A stretch of 64,000 nt of DNA from Lachnospiraceae bacterium (GTDB taxonomy: Bacteria; Bacillota; Clostridia; Lachnospirales; Lachnospiraceae), in contig JAETOL010000014.1 of the NCBI GenBank assembly GCA_021771755.1, forward strand, positions 4,751-68,750, given 5' to 3'. Shown piece by piece: positions 18,454 through 27,464 of the stretch. The notes beneath the pieces are model-generated. The model searched no databases. It saw only the letters and a list, made by a program, of their open reading frames with translations, and was not told where the DNA came from. The position numbers and the translations under genes are program-made. How positions within the stretch are numbered: position 1 is the stretch's first letter; every line of letters starts with the position of its first letter.

Positions 18454-21018
18454 TCATTCCCCCTTCTTTTTTCTTTCATATGGTGTATTTGCAAGAGGAA
18501 GACTGGTACGATACTGTCCGTCATATTTATAATAAGCTCCTGCAATTGCCGGCGCTGTAGGAATGGAGGTGATCTCACCGATTCCGATGGCGCCCTCTGC
18601 CACCTTCAGTCCAGCCTTTTCCACAATGATGCTTTCTACTTCCGGTGCCTGGTTCGCACGGAAGAGACCAAGTGTACCATATTTGTTCTGAGGCTTGCAG
18701 TCCTTCAGACCATACTCCTCTGTAAGAGCAAAGCCTGCCGACATTACCACGCCGCCCTCGATCTGTCCTTCCACAGAAAGAGGATTCACCGCACGTCCCA
18801 CATCATGGGCCGCAACAATTTTTTCAATCTTTCCGTTTTTATCCAGGATACATACCTGCGTTGCATATCCGTAAGCCACATGGGAAACCGGATTTTTCAC
18901 ATCTGATCCCATGGCATCTGTTTTTGCCAGATATTCTCCCAGATACTCTTTGCCTTCCAGCTCCTGAAGACTCTTTTCTTTCAGGTCCTCGCGAAGCTTC
19001 TCACATGCCCGGCGGCATGCCTCACCGGTAACCAGTGTCTGGCGGGAACCGGAGGTGGTACCGGAATCCGGTGCATTATAGGTATTGGAAGCATCGTAGT
19101 AGATCTGATCCCGTTTCAGTCCGAGCTGTTCTGTCACCATCTGTACCAGAACCGTTCCCAGTCCCTGACCAATACAGGAGGCTCCGGAATGGATCTCCAC
19201 TCTTCCATCGTGGACATACAGTTTACAGCGTCCCCAGTCCGGAAGACCTACGCCTACACCTGCATTTTTCATGGCGCAGGCAATACCCACATATGGATGG
19301 CTCTCGTAAGCCTCTTTTACTGCTTCCAGAGTTTCTGCAAGTCCTGTGGAATCATCTACCAGCTGACCGTTTGGAAGTTCCTGACCCGGGCGGATCGCAT
19401 TGCGATATCGGATCTCCCATGGAGAGATTCCCACCTTCTCCGCCATTTTGGTCAGCAGCATCTCTACTCCGAAGCAGGTCTGAGTCACACCAAATCCACG
19501 GAAGGCACCTGCCGGCGGATTGTTTGTATAATATGCTTTTCCGTCAATATCAAAGTTCTGATAATTGTAAGGACCGGAGGCATGTGTGCAGGCTCTCTGA
19601 AGCACAGGTCCTCCAAGAGACGCATACGCACCCGTATCTGCGATAACCGAAGCTTTCACACCCCGGATGATTCCGTTTTCATCACAGCCCATGGTAAATT
19701 CCATATCCATCGGATGACGCTTGGGATGGATCAGAATACTTTCCTCTCTGGTAAGTTTTACCTTGACCGGACGCTTGGTAAGATAAGCGATCATTCCGGC
19801 ATGATGCTGAACGGTCACGTCTTCTTTTCCGCCAAAACCGCCGCCTACCAGCTTATTGCGGACCTTTACCTTTTCTGCCGGAAGTCCCAGAAGCGCCATA
19901 CACTCATGCTGTGTATCATAAACGCCCTGGTCTGTAGAATAAATGATCACACCATCTTCGCCGTCCGGTTTCGCCACCGCACACTCCGGCTCAAGAAAAG
20001 CATGTTCTGTCCACGGAGTCTGGAATTTTTCCGTAAGAACGTATTTGGACTCTGCGATCGCTTTGTCCGCATCACCACGATGTACATGCCAGTGGGCAAG
20101 AAGATTTCCGTCTCCATGTACCAGCGGCGCATCTTCTTTCATAGCTTCATAGGGGTCACGGACCATCGGAAGCTCTTCATATTCTACCTTGATAAGCTTC
20201 TTTGCCTTTTCTACGATCTCCTGTGTCTCTGCCGCAACAAGAGCAATGGCATCTCCCAGATAATGGGTGATCTTGCCAACAGGGATCAGTCCATCCCAGT
20301 CCTGTTTCAGATGACCTACCTTTACGCTTCCCGGAATATCTTCTGCAGTAAATACACCAACCACTCCCGGAAGAGCCTTTGCCTTCTCTGTATCAATGGA
20401 TTTTACAAGTGCTCTTGGATAAGCGGAACGAAGGGCGCTTCCGTAGATCATGCCCTCTTCATAAACATCATCCGGATACTGTCCGTATCCCAGAACCTTT
20501 TCACGAACATCCACTCTGGGCACACGGTCTCCCAGCTTCCAGGTATACTCTTTTTTCTCAGGAAGCCCTTCCCGTTTATATTTTGCAGCAAGCAGGATAC
20601 CGTCGATGATCTTTTTGTATCCTGTACAGCGGCAGATATTATTTCGGATCGCGTGCGCCGCCTGAGCACGGGTAGGATCCGGATTCTGGTCAATCAGACC
20701 TTTGGCGCTGATGACCATACCCGGGATACAGAAGCCGCACTGCACTGCTCCGGCCTCTCCGAACGCACGGTCATAAATCTCTTTTTCTTCTTCTGAAAAA
20801 CCTTCCACAGTTAGTATGTGCCGGCCTTCCAGCATGGAAAGAGACGGAATACAGGCCTTTTGCGGTTTCCCGTCGATCAGTACATGACAGGTTCCGCAGG
20901 CGCCCTCGCTGCAGCCGTCTTTTACTGAGGTAAGATGGAGTCTGTCACGAAGAAAACGGAGAAGCTTCATATCATGCTCTTCCTGATATTCTTTTCCATT
21001 TACATAAAAACTGAACAT
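18454..21018 (-). CDS. xdhD: XdhD-like selenium-dependent molybdenum hydroxylase (fused 2Fe-2S + molybdopterin-binding domains)
   Basis: N-terminal 2Fe-2S motifs (CSEGACGTCHV, CGFCIPG...CRCTGY) are fused to an XDH large-subunit body (VGGGFGGKED, IGIGEITSIPTAPAIA). At 854 aa it fits the XdhD/YgfN-type fusion. Confidence 0.85.
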   Translation of the reverse strand: MFSFYVNGKEYQEEHDMKLLRFLRDRLHLTSVKDGCSEGACGTCHVLIDGKPQKACIPSLSMLEGRHILTVEGFSEEEKEIYDRAFGEAGAVQCGFCIPGMVISAKGLIDQNPDPTRAQAAHAIRNNICRCTGYKKIIDGILLAAKYKREGLPEKKEYTWKLGDRVPRVDVREKVLGYGQYPDDVYEEGMIYGSALRSAYPRALVKSIDTEKAKALPGVVGVFTAEDIPGSVKVGHLKQDWDGLIPVGKITHYLGDAIALVAAETQEIVEKAKKLIKVEYEELPMVRDPYEAMKEDAPLVHGDGNLLAHWHVHRGDADKAIAESKYVLTEKFQTPWTEHAFLEPECAVAKPDGEDGVIIYSTDQGVYDTQHECMALLGLPAEKVKVRNKLVGGGFGGKEDVTVQHHAGMIAYLTKRPVKVKLTREESILIHPKRHPMDMEFTMGCDENGIIRGVKASVIADTGAYASLGGPVLQRACTHASGPYNYQNFDIDGKAYYTNNPPAGAFRGFGVTQTCFGVEMLLTKMAEKVGISPWEIRYRNAIRPGQELPNGQLVDDSTGLAETLEAVKEAYESHPYVGIACAMKNAGVGVGLPDWGRCKLYVHDGRVEIHSGASCIGQGLGTVLVQMVTEQLGLKRDQIYYDASNTYNAPDSGTTSGSRQTLVTGEACRRACEKLREDLKEKSLQELEGKEYLGEYLAKTDAMGSDVKNPVSHVAYGYATQVCILDKNGKIEKIVAAHDVGRAVNPLSVEGQIEGGVVMSAGFALTEEYGLKDCKPQNKYGTLGLFRANQAPEVESIIVEKAGLKVAEGAIGIGEITSIPTAPAIAGAYYKYDGQYRTSLPLANTPYERKKKGE

Positions 21019-21108
21019 AGAATTCCTCCTAACATATATTCAGTATAAGCGCATCCCTGTGCAGAACACAGAGACGCGCTTACTTTTCTTTACTTTCTGA
21101 CCTGATTT

Positions 21109-24108
21109 TTATTTGTATAACAGATAGGAATAGTCATTGATCACAGCCAGAATCAGATCGCGGATTCCTGCCGGAACAGCATCTGCCGGATCGTCAGCCT
21201 TGCAGTCTGTCATATTTCCAAGGAATCTTACTTTACATTCCTTTGTTTCTGCATTCAGTACGGCAAAACCATCATTTGTACTGTCATCCATATCCTCAGC
21301 CTTTGCAAACAATGTAAATTTGTCTTTATAAGGAGCGCTTGCATAAGGACAGAAGGTCTTACAGTTGCCACATTCGTTGCACATGTAGTCTACATGGATC
21401 ACCTGTGCCATTTCCATTCCAGGAACTTTGATGGAAATATTCGCTCTGTTTGGACATACATCGACACAGTTCTCACATACCTTACTGCAGGAAAGACATC
21501 TCTGGCTTTCTTTTTCAGCTTCTTTTTCTTCCTTCAGGATACCTTTCTTTTCGTAACATTCTGTCTCTGCACCGGTAACTGCTCTGTCGGAAACGACAGT
21601 AGCTCCAAGAATTGCCTTTGCAACAAGCTGTGCATCACGAATTGCTTCAACGATGGTAGCAGCACCTTTCGCACCGTCACCTGCCAGGTATACATCTTTT
21701 ACACTGGTTTCCAGAGTTTCCTGATTCAGTTTTGCTTTTCCTCTTTCGTTTACATTGATGCCGTTTGCCTCGTAGAACTCTGTAGGAACCTTTTCTCCAA
21801 CTGCTACGATCACTGTATCTGCCGGTACTTCAACGATCTCGTCTGTCTCTGTTACACCAGCTCTTCCGGAAGCGTCCATAGCGCCAAGCTCCATCTTCTT
21901 GCAGATCAGAGTTCCGTTTTCCAGGCTTACCGGAGAAAGAAGCTCTCTGAATTCCACTCCATCTTCCAGTACCTCCAGAAGCTCTTCTTCTGCTGCAGGC
22001 ATATAACGTTTGGTTCTTCTGTATACCAGATAAACATGCTCTACGCCTTCGGTGCGTTTTGCTGCTCTTGCAGTATCCATAGCTGTATTACCGCCGCCGA
22101 TTACAACTACGTTCTTTCCAAGATCAACCTTACCGTTGTTTGCATTAAAGTCTGCCAGGAATTTCAGTGCATTTACTGTTTCTCCTTTTTCCAGTCTCAG
22201 GGTACCCGGTTTATTTGCACCTGTTGCAAGGATCACTGCATCGTATCCTTCTGCCTTGAGATCTGCTACAGAAGCTACCTCTGTATTGGTACGAATCTCC
22301 ACACCCATTTTTTCAATAAAGGAAATATCTTTGTCAATGGCATCTGTGGAAATACGGAATCCCGGGATCACATAGCGGATCACGCCGCCCAGTTTAGCCT
22401 CTTTTTCAAAAATTGTAACAGAAGCGCCTGCTCTTGCAAGGAAATAAGCTGCTGCAATACCTGCAGGGCCGCCGCCTACGATGGCAACCTTCTTACCATT
22501 GCTCTCTCCTGCATGGATCTCACCGATCACTTCATCATAGCCTTTTTCTGCTGCGAGAAGCTTGGTTCCACGAATGTTGACAGATTCTTCATAGAAGTTT
22601 CTGGTACATTTATACATACAGTTATGTGCGCAAAGAGTTCCTGTAATAAATGGAAGGGCGTTTTTGTCAAGGATCACACGAAGTGCTTCCGCATATTTCT
22701 CTTCTCCTGCAAGAGCAATATACTCCGGAATATCCTGATGGATCGGACAGCCTTCCTGACATGGAGCAAAGTAGCAGTTCAGAAGCGGAACTGTCTCATC
22801 GCTCTTTCTGTTTGGAAGCGGTTTGATATTCTTTACATGATGCGGATCTTTTTTCGCATCCTCTGCAAGTTTTTCCAGAGCCTCTACATCAATGCCTGTC
22901 CATGGCTTCACGCCGTCAGCCATAACTTTTTCTGCCATCTGGCTGAATCTCTGATATCCGCCGGTCTTGAGGATTGTTGTGGCAACTGTTACTGGCCATA
23001 CACCGCAGCCTACGATTCTGTCAATGTTATAGAAGTCTGCACCACCGGAATAAGCAATACGCAGTTTTCCGTCAAATTCTCTGGAAAGCATGGCTGCCAG
23101 AGAAATAGAAAGCGGGAACAGAGATTTTCCGGACATATACATCTCTTCGCTTGGAAGCTCATTTCTGGTCACGTCTACCGGGAAGGTGTTTGTGATCTTA
23201 ACGCCAAAGGCAAGGTTCAGCTCATCTGCCAGAGCCTGAAGACGTTTGAACATCGGAATGGCATCCTTATACTGAAGGTCATCCTTAAAGTGGAAATCAC
23301 CAAACATCATGTAATCGTAGCCCATGTCATCCATGGTCTTTCTTGCAAATTCATAGCCAAGAAGAGTCGGATTACATTTAATAAAGGTGTTCAGGTGTTT
23401 TTCTTTAAAAAGATGATTTGCAATACTCTCGATCTCATTTGGAGGACATCCATGAAGTGTAGAGATCGTAGCGGAATTACAGATTTCTGAAGGAATTGCT
23501 TCAATATCTTCTTTTGTCACCTTTTCAAATTTATCTACATGATCAAGAAGCCACTGTTTACATTCTTTGAATACTTCTGTATCTTTTGCCTCTTTCATGC
23601 TGTCGATAAAGGTGTCGATCTTTTTCTCTTTGATACCTGCAAGGTCGTATCCTACAGAAATGTTAAACTGGAATCCATCTGTTCCGCCAAGGCCGAATTC
23701 CTTTGCCATAACATGAAGGATGAACCATGCCTTGATATACTCTCCCATAGCCTGCGGAACAAAAAGTTCTGTAGACCACTCACAGTTATAACACTCGTCT
23801 TCTGCCAGGATACACGGTCTGCTGATACATGCAGCAAGCTCGTCTCCATCCATTTTCTGAACTGTTTTCAGCTCAAAGAATCTTGCTCCTGCATAATAGG
23901 AAGCAACGATATTCTGTGCCAGCTGGGTGTTCGGGCCTGCAGCAGGTCCGATCGGTGTTTCCAGATTTCTTCCAAAAATCTCCATAGCCTTGGAAGTATC
24001 TGCCTGATATGCTCTGTGCACACCAAATACAGTATTTTTTTCTTTATGTTCAGTTAAAACCCAGTCCATTAACTGTCCAAAGGACATACAGGTCATTTTT
24101 TCACTCAT
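21109..24108 (-). CDS. ygfK: YgfK-family flavin/Fe-S oxidoreductase (annotated putative selenate reductase subunit; DPD/GltD-like)
   Basis: 999 aa. N-terminal DHOD/DPD-like TIM barrel, central GltD-like dinucleotide sites (GGGPAGIAAAYFLARAG, GGGNTAMD) and C-terminal Cys clusters (CENCVDVCPNRA, CNECGNCKTFCP). Confidence 0.9.
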   Translation of the reverse strand: MSEKMTCMSFGQLMDWVLTEHKEKNTVFGVHRAYQADTSKAMEIFGRNLETPIGPAAGPNTQLAQNIVASYYAGARFFELKTVQKMDGDELAACISRPCILAEDECYNCEWSTELFVPQAMGEYIKAWFILHVMAKEFGLGGTDGFQFNISVGYDLAGIKEKKIDTFIDSMKEAKDTEVFKECKQWLLDHVDKFEKVTKEDIEAIPSEICNSATISTLHGCPPNEIESIANHLFKEKHLNTFIKCNPTLLGYEFARKTMDDMGYDYMMFGDFHFKDDLQYKDAIPMFKRLQALADELNLAFGVKITNTFPVDVTRNELPSEEMYMSGKSLFPLSISLAAMLSREFDGKLRIAYSGGADFYNIDRIVGCGVWPVTVATTILKTGGYQRFSQMAEKVMADGVKPWTGIDVEALEKLAEDAKKDPHHVKNIKPLPNRKSDETVPLLNCYFAPCQEGCPIHQDIPEYIALAGEEKYAEALRVILDKNALPFITGTLCAHNCMYKCTRNFYEESVNIRGTKLLAAEKGYDEVIGEIHAGESNGKKVAIVGGGPAGIAAAYFLARAGASVTIFEKEAKLGGVIRYVIPGFRISTDAIDKDISFIEKMGVEIRTNTEVASVADLKAEGYDAVILATGANKPGTLRLEKGETVNALKFLADFNANNGKVDLGKNVVVIGGGNTAMDTARAAKRTEGVEHVYLVYRRTKRYMPAAEEELLEVLEDGVEFRELLSPVSLENGTLICKKMELGAMDASGRAGVTETDEIVEVPADTVIVAVGEKVPTEFYEANGINVNERGKAKLNQETLETSVKDVYLAGDGAKGAATIVEAIRDAQLVAKAILGATVVSDRAVTGAETECYEKKGILKEEKEAEKESQRCLSCSKVCENCVDVCPNRANISIKVPGMEMAQVIHVDYMCNECGNCKTFCPYASAPYKDKFTLFAKAEDMDDSTNDGFAVLNAETKECKVRFLGNMTDCKADDPADAVPAGIRDLILAVINDYSYLLYK

Positions 24109-24139
24109 TTATTTTTCCTCCCGATTGATATTCTGGCAA

Positions 24140-25477
24140 TTATTTGCCTGCATTGATGTCATCAGCAAGCTCTTTTGCGGCCTGACGGCAGTCTGCCATC
24201 ATCTTCGCTTCATCACAGACAAGAACTTCACGGTCTTTCATAAGAACCTTTCCGTTACATACCGTAGTCTGTACCATTGCACCGGTAGTACCGAAAAGAA
24301 GATGTCCGTTTACGTTATCTGCACGCATTGGTGTCAGAGGATCATAATCAACAACGATCACATCTGCTGCCGCACCATTCTTCAGAACGCCCAGTTCTTT
24401 CTTGAAGTAACGGTTTGCAATTTTTGCATTTCCTTCAAACAGCATCTGCGGAACCTCGCCCCATGCAGTGTTTGGATCGCAAAGATGATGTTTGTGAAGA
24501 ACATTGGCAACCTTCCAGGACTCTGTCATATCATGGGTGTATCCGTCTGTGCCAAGGCCGGTAAGGATTCCCTTATGAACCAGTGCCATGGTCGGAGGAC
24601 ATCCGCAGGCGTTACCCATATTAGATTCCGGATTATGTACCACCATGGTATCTGTATCCTTGATCAGATCCATTTCATGTTCATTGATATAGATGCAGTG
24701 GCCAAGAAGAGTTTTTGGTCCAAGGATGTTCCAGTCATACAGACGGTCAACGATCCGTTTGCTGTGCTCTTTCAGGCACTGATGCAGATCATAGATACCT
24801 TCCGCAACATGGATGTGATAGCCTACACCTTCCGGTTTCAGCTCATTGCACAGAGCCATAGTTTCGTCAGAAATAGTAAAGGATGCATGCATACCCATCA
24901 TTCCTGCGATCATATCGCTGTCATCTGCAAGAGCATGTTTGATAAAGTTTACGTTTTCCATTACGGATTCTTTTGATTTCTCCATGCCGTCACGATCTGA
25001 GATCTCATAGCAGAGACAGGTACGGATTCCCAGATCCTTTGCAGCTTCCTCAATAGCAAACAGGGAGCCTGTGATATGTCCAAAGCTTGCATGATGGTCA
25101 AATACGGTTGTCACACCGTTTTTGATAGAGTCAATGTATGTGGCATATGCAGACAGTTTTGTCTGTTCCAGTGTCAGATGACGGTCGATGGTCCACCACT
25201 GTCCATCAAGGATATCCAGGAAGCCCTGCGGATTGTAGCCCTTGATGCTCAGTCCTCTGGCAAAAGCGCTGTAAATGTGCTCATGAGCGTTAATATACGC
25301 AGGCATGATAACTCCACCCTTAGCATCAATAAATTCCGCATCCGGGTAAGCAGCTTTTACAGCCTCAAGCTCTCCTACCATAACAATGGTGCTGCCATCC
25401 ATAGCAACTGCACCATTTTCAATAAAAGGATTGGATGCATCTCTTGTGATCATTCTGCCGTTACCAATAATAAGCAT
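24140..25477 (-). CDS. ssnA: SsnA-family amidohydrolase
   Basis: Amidohydrolase metal motif NAHEH, HASFT, GTDG, and an SsnA-type N-terminus (LIIGNGRMITRD). RBS is GGAGGG. Confidence 0.9.
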   Translation of the reverse strand: MLIIGNGRMITRDASNPFIENGAVAMDGSTIVMVGELEAVKAAYPDAEFIDAKGGVIMPAYINAHEHIYSAFARGLSIKGYNPQGFLDILDGQWWTIDRHLTLEQTKLSAYATYIDSIKNGVTTVFDHHASFGHITGSLFAIEEAAKDLGIRTCLCYEISDRDGMEKSKESVMENVNFIKHALADDSDMIAGMMGMHASFTISDETMALCNELKPEGVGYHIHVAEGIYDLHQCLKEHSKRIVDRLYDWNILGPKTLLGHCIYINEHEMDLIKDTDTMVVHNPESNMGNACGCPPTMALVHKGILTGLGTDGYTHDMTESWKVANVLHKHHLCDPNTAWGEVPQMLFEGNAKIANRYFKKELGVLKNGAAADVIVVDYDPLTPMRADNVNGHLLFGTTGAMVQTTVCNGKVLMKDREVLVCDEAKMMADCRQAAKELADDINAGK

Positions 25478-25645
25478 AATAGTACCCTCCTTAACTTGTA
25501 TAAATCTTCCAACTACTTTTTGCTATTGTCCAGTTTTTTTAGGAATTTTATACTATTAATGTATCATACTTTTCCTTTCATTTCAATAGTTAATCTTAAA
25601 AAAATTTTTTTATTCTAAAAATTTTTGTATTTATATGCCAGCCAA

Positions 25646-25701
25646 TTAAAAAAACTGTGACAGAAAACAGCTCCTGCTTTTCCTCTGTTTTCTGTACACA
25701 G
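25646..25701 (-). terminator. Rho-independent terminator after cobC
   Basis: On the minus strand: CTGTGTACAGAAAACAG...CTGTTTTCTGTCACAG, a stem of about 16 bp, followed by TTTTTTT. Confidence 0.65.
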
Positions 25702-25714
25702 TTTTTCTCTTTAC

Positions 25715-26305
25715 TCATAATTCTTTTTTCAGTTCCAGTATTTTACGGTTTCTCTGCCATAAGACCGGGTCTGCCTGTACCAGATATCCATGACCGTTTT
25801 TTACATGCCAGTCATAAAAGCTTCTTTCCGGCTGTCCATAGGCCTCCATGATATTCATAATGGTGCCTCCATGAACTACCACCGCGGCTGCGTTTATCTT
25901 TTCCCGGATACAGACTGTCACAACGCGGGAAAAACCTTCCAGTGTCCGTTTCCGGAACTGTTCCCTGCTTTCTCCCTCCGGAAAAGGCAGGGTTCCTCCA
26001 CTGTCCACCCAATCCTGATACTCCCTGTTTCCGGACAGCTCCTGATAATTTTTATTTTCAAAAATTCCAAAGTCACACTCTGTAAGCTGGTCAATGATCC
26101 GCAGTCTTTTATGGGGAAACAGAAGCTCCGCCGTTTCCCGGCAGCGAATCATGGGACTTACAAACACCTCATCCGGAACGCCGTAGGAAAGTTTTTTGAT
26201 CTCCTCTCTTCCCTCCGGACAAAGCGCCTCATCTGTCGTTCCAATATATCTCTGGTATTTATTTCCTTCTGTCATTCCATGGCGGATCAGATAAATATCA
26301 GGCAT
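25715..26305 (-). CDS. cobC: Histidine phosphatase family protein, likely alpha-ribazole phosphatase
   Basis: RHG catalytic motif (IYLIRHGMTEGN), a later HGG motif, and its position at the end of the cobT-U-S block. Confidence 0.7.
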   Translation of the reverse strand: MPDIYLIRHGMTEGNKYQRYIGTTDEALCPEGREEIKKLSYGVPDEVFVSPMIRCRETAELLFPHKRLRIIDQLTECDFGIFENKNYQELSGNREYQDWVDSGGTLPFPEGESREQFRKRTLEGFSRVVTVCIREKINAAAVVVHGGTIMNIMEAYGQPERSFYDWHVKNGHGYLVQADPVLWQRNRKILELKKEL

Positions 26306-26678
26306 CTTTGATCACCGTCCCTATGCCGCAGATCACCCGGGTCACTTTTTTGCTGCCGGCAGCCAGTTTTGTACAGACCCTTCCTACCGCTTCCCGATAA
26401 GCCCGGTCAAAAGTATCTACCGGAACAACGCCATAGCCTACCTCATCTGAAACCAGAATGACATCCGGATTGTTTCGGATCAGCTCTTCCGCCAGATCTT
26501 TTACATCCCTGCCCTCTTTCATTTCTTTTTTTATAAACCGGTGGAAGCCCAGAACCCCCTGTGCTTTCATCAGTTCCTCTTTTGTAACGTCTTCCCCTCT
26601 GACCCATCGGATCCCGGGATATGTTTTTTCTGCAAGATCCGCTTTTCCCTGAAAAGCGCCTCCAATCATCATTTCCAT
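26298..26678 (-). CDS. Truncated or degenerate CobU-like protein (cobinamide kinase/guanylyltransferase fold, no intact P-loop)
   Basis: The C-terminus VILVSDEVGYGVVPVDTFDRAYREAVGRVCTKLAAGSKKVTRVICGIGTVIK matches the CobU C-terminal consensus. The N-terminal IGGAFQGKADLAE is a degenerate version of GGxxSGKSxxAE. Confidence 0.55.
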   Translation of the reverse strand: MEMMIGGAFQGKADLAEKTYPGIRWVRGEDVTKEELMKAQGVLGFHRFIKKEMKEGRDVKDLAEELIRNNPDVILVSDEVGYGVVPVDTFDRAYREAVGRVCTKLAAGSKKVTRVICGIGTVIKDA

Positions 26679-26690
26679 AGTAAACTCCTT

Positions 26691-27464
26691 TTATACCGGA
26701 AACGCGGAAACCACCGCGATCACCAGAGCCATCCCCACCTCGCAAAGGCAGAGAAACCAGCCGGAAAGATCTCCTGTGGTACCTCCGAAATATTTCATTG
26801 CCATATGTCTGTAATAAAAAAACACAGCACAGGCGGTCAGAAATGCCGCACCGCCGATCACCGGGCTGATCCAGACCATCAGTCCGCAAAGAAGTATCAG
26901 ATAAACCACCAGCGTATTGCGCACGACCCCGTCTTCTGATTTTCTGGAAAACTCTGCAACCGTTCCCTCTTCCTTCGCCTTCGGGAGCGTGATCACACCG
27001 ATCCCGGAAAAACACCGGGACACCATAAATCCCAACGCCATGATAAGCGTCAGACGAATATCAAAGCAGATCTCGCTCCAGGCTCCCAGCCAGCAGAGAA
27101 AATACACACAGGCAGTGATTACCGCAAACGCTCCCGCATGAGAATCCTTCAGAATTTCCAGCCGTCTTTTCCGCTCCTGCCAGGAGCTTAACGCATCTGC
27201 GGTATCCAAAAGTCCGTCCACATGGATTCCTCCCGTTACCAGCACCGGGATCACTGTCAGAATCACAGACAGAAACAGAACATTCAGCCCCAGATGCCCC
27301 GCTGCCCAGGATGCCGCAAGAGTCAACGCTCCAATGGCTGTACCAATAAAAGGAAAAAAGCAGAACATATATTTCATATTTTCCTTTGTCCACTCCGCCT
27401 GAGGCATAGGAATCTTGGAAAACATGGCAAAGGCGATCTTAAAGCTGTTCCACAGGCTTTTCAC
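26691..27464 (-). CDS. cobS: Adenosylcobinamide-GDP ribazoletransferase (cobalamin synthase)
   Basis: Polytopic membrane protein with CobS motifs (FSKIPMP, GGIHVDGLLDTADAL, GGTTGD). I propose the GTG at 27464 as the start; the ORF-track start 27620 would lie deep inside cobU. Confidence 0.8.
   Translation of the reverse strand: MKSLWNSFKIAFAMFSKIPMPQAEWTKENMKYMFCFFPFIGTAIGALTLAASWAAGHLGLNVLFLSVILTVIPVLVTGGIHVDGLLDTADALSSWQERKRRLEILKDSHAGAFAVITACVYFLCWLGAWSEICFDIRLTLIMALGFMVSRCFSGIGVITLPKAKEEGTVAEFSRKSEDGVVRNTLVVYLILLCGLMVWISPVIGGAAFLTACAVFFYYRHMAMKYFGGTTGDLSGWFLCLCEVGMALVIAVVSAFPV

Noticed and set aside
4588-25477. In-frame UGA (selenocysteine) genes within the selenium-linked island
   Set aside because: All island genes are uninterrupted full-length ORFs in the track, with no split ORF pairs or SECIS-like context. 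The selenium dependence expected here is the labile cofactor type (yqeB/yqeC), not Sec.
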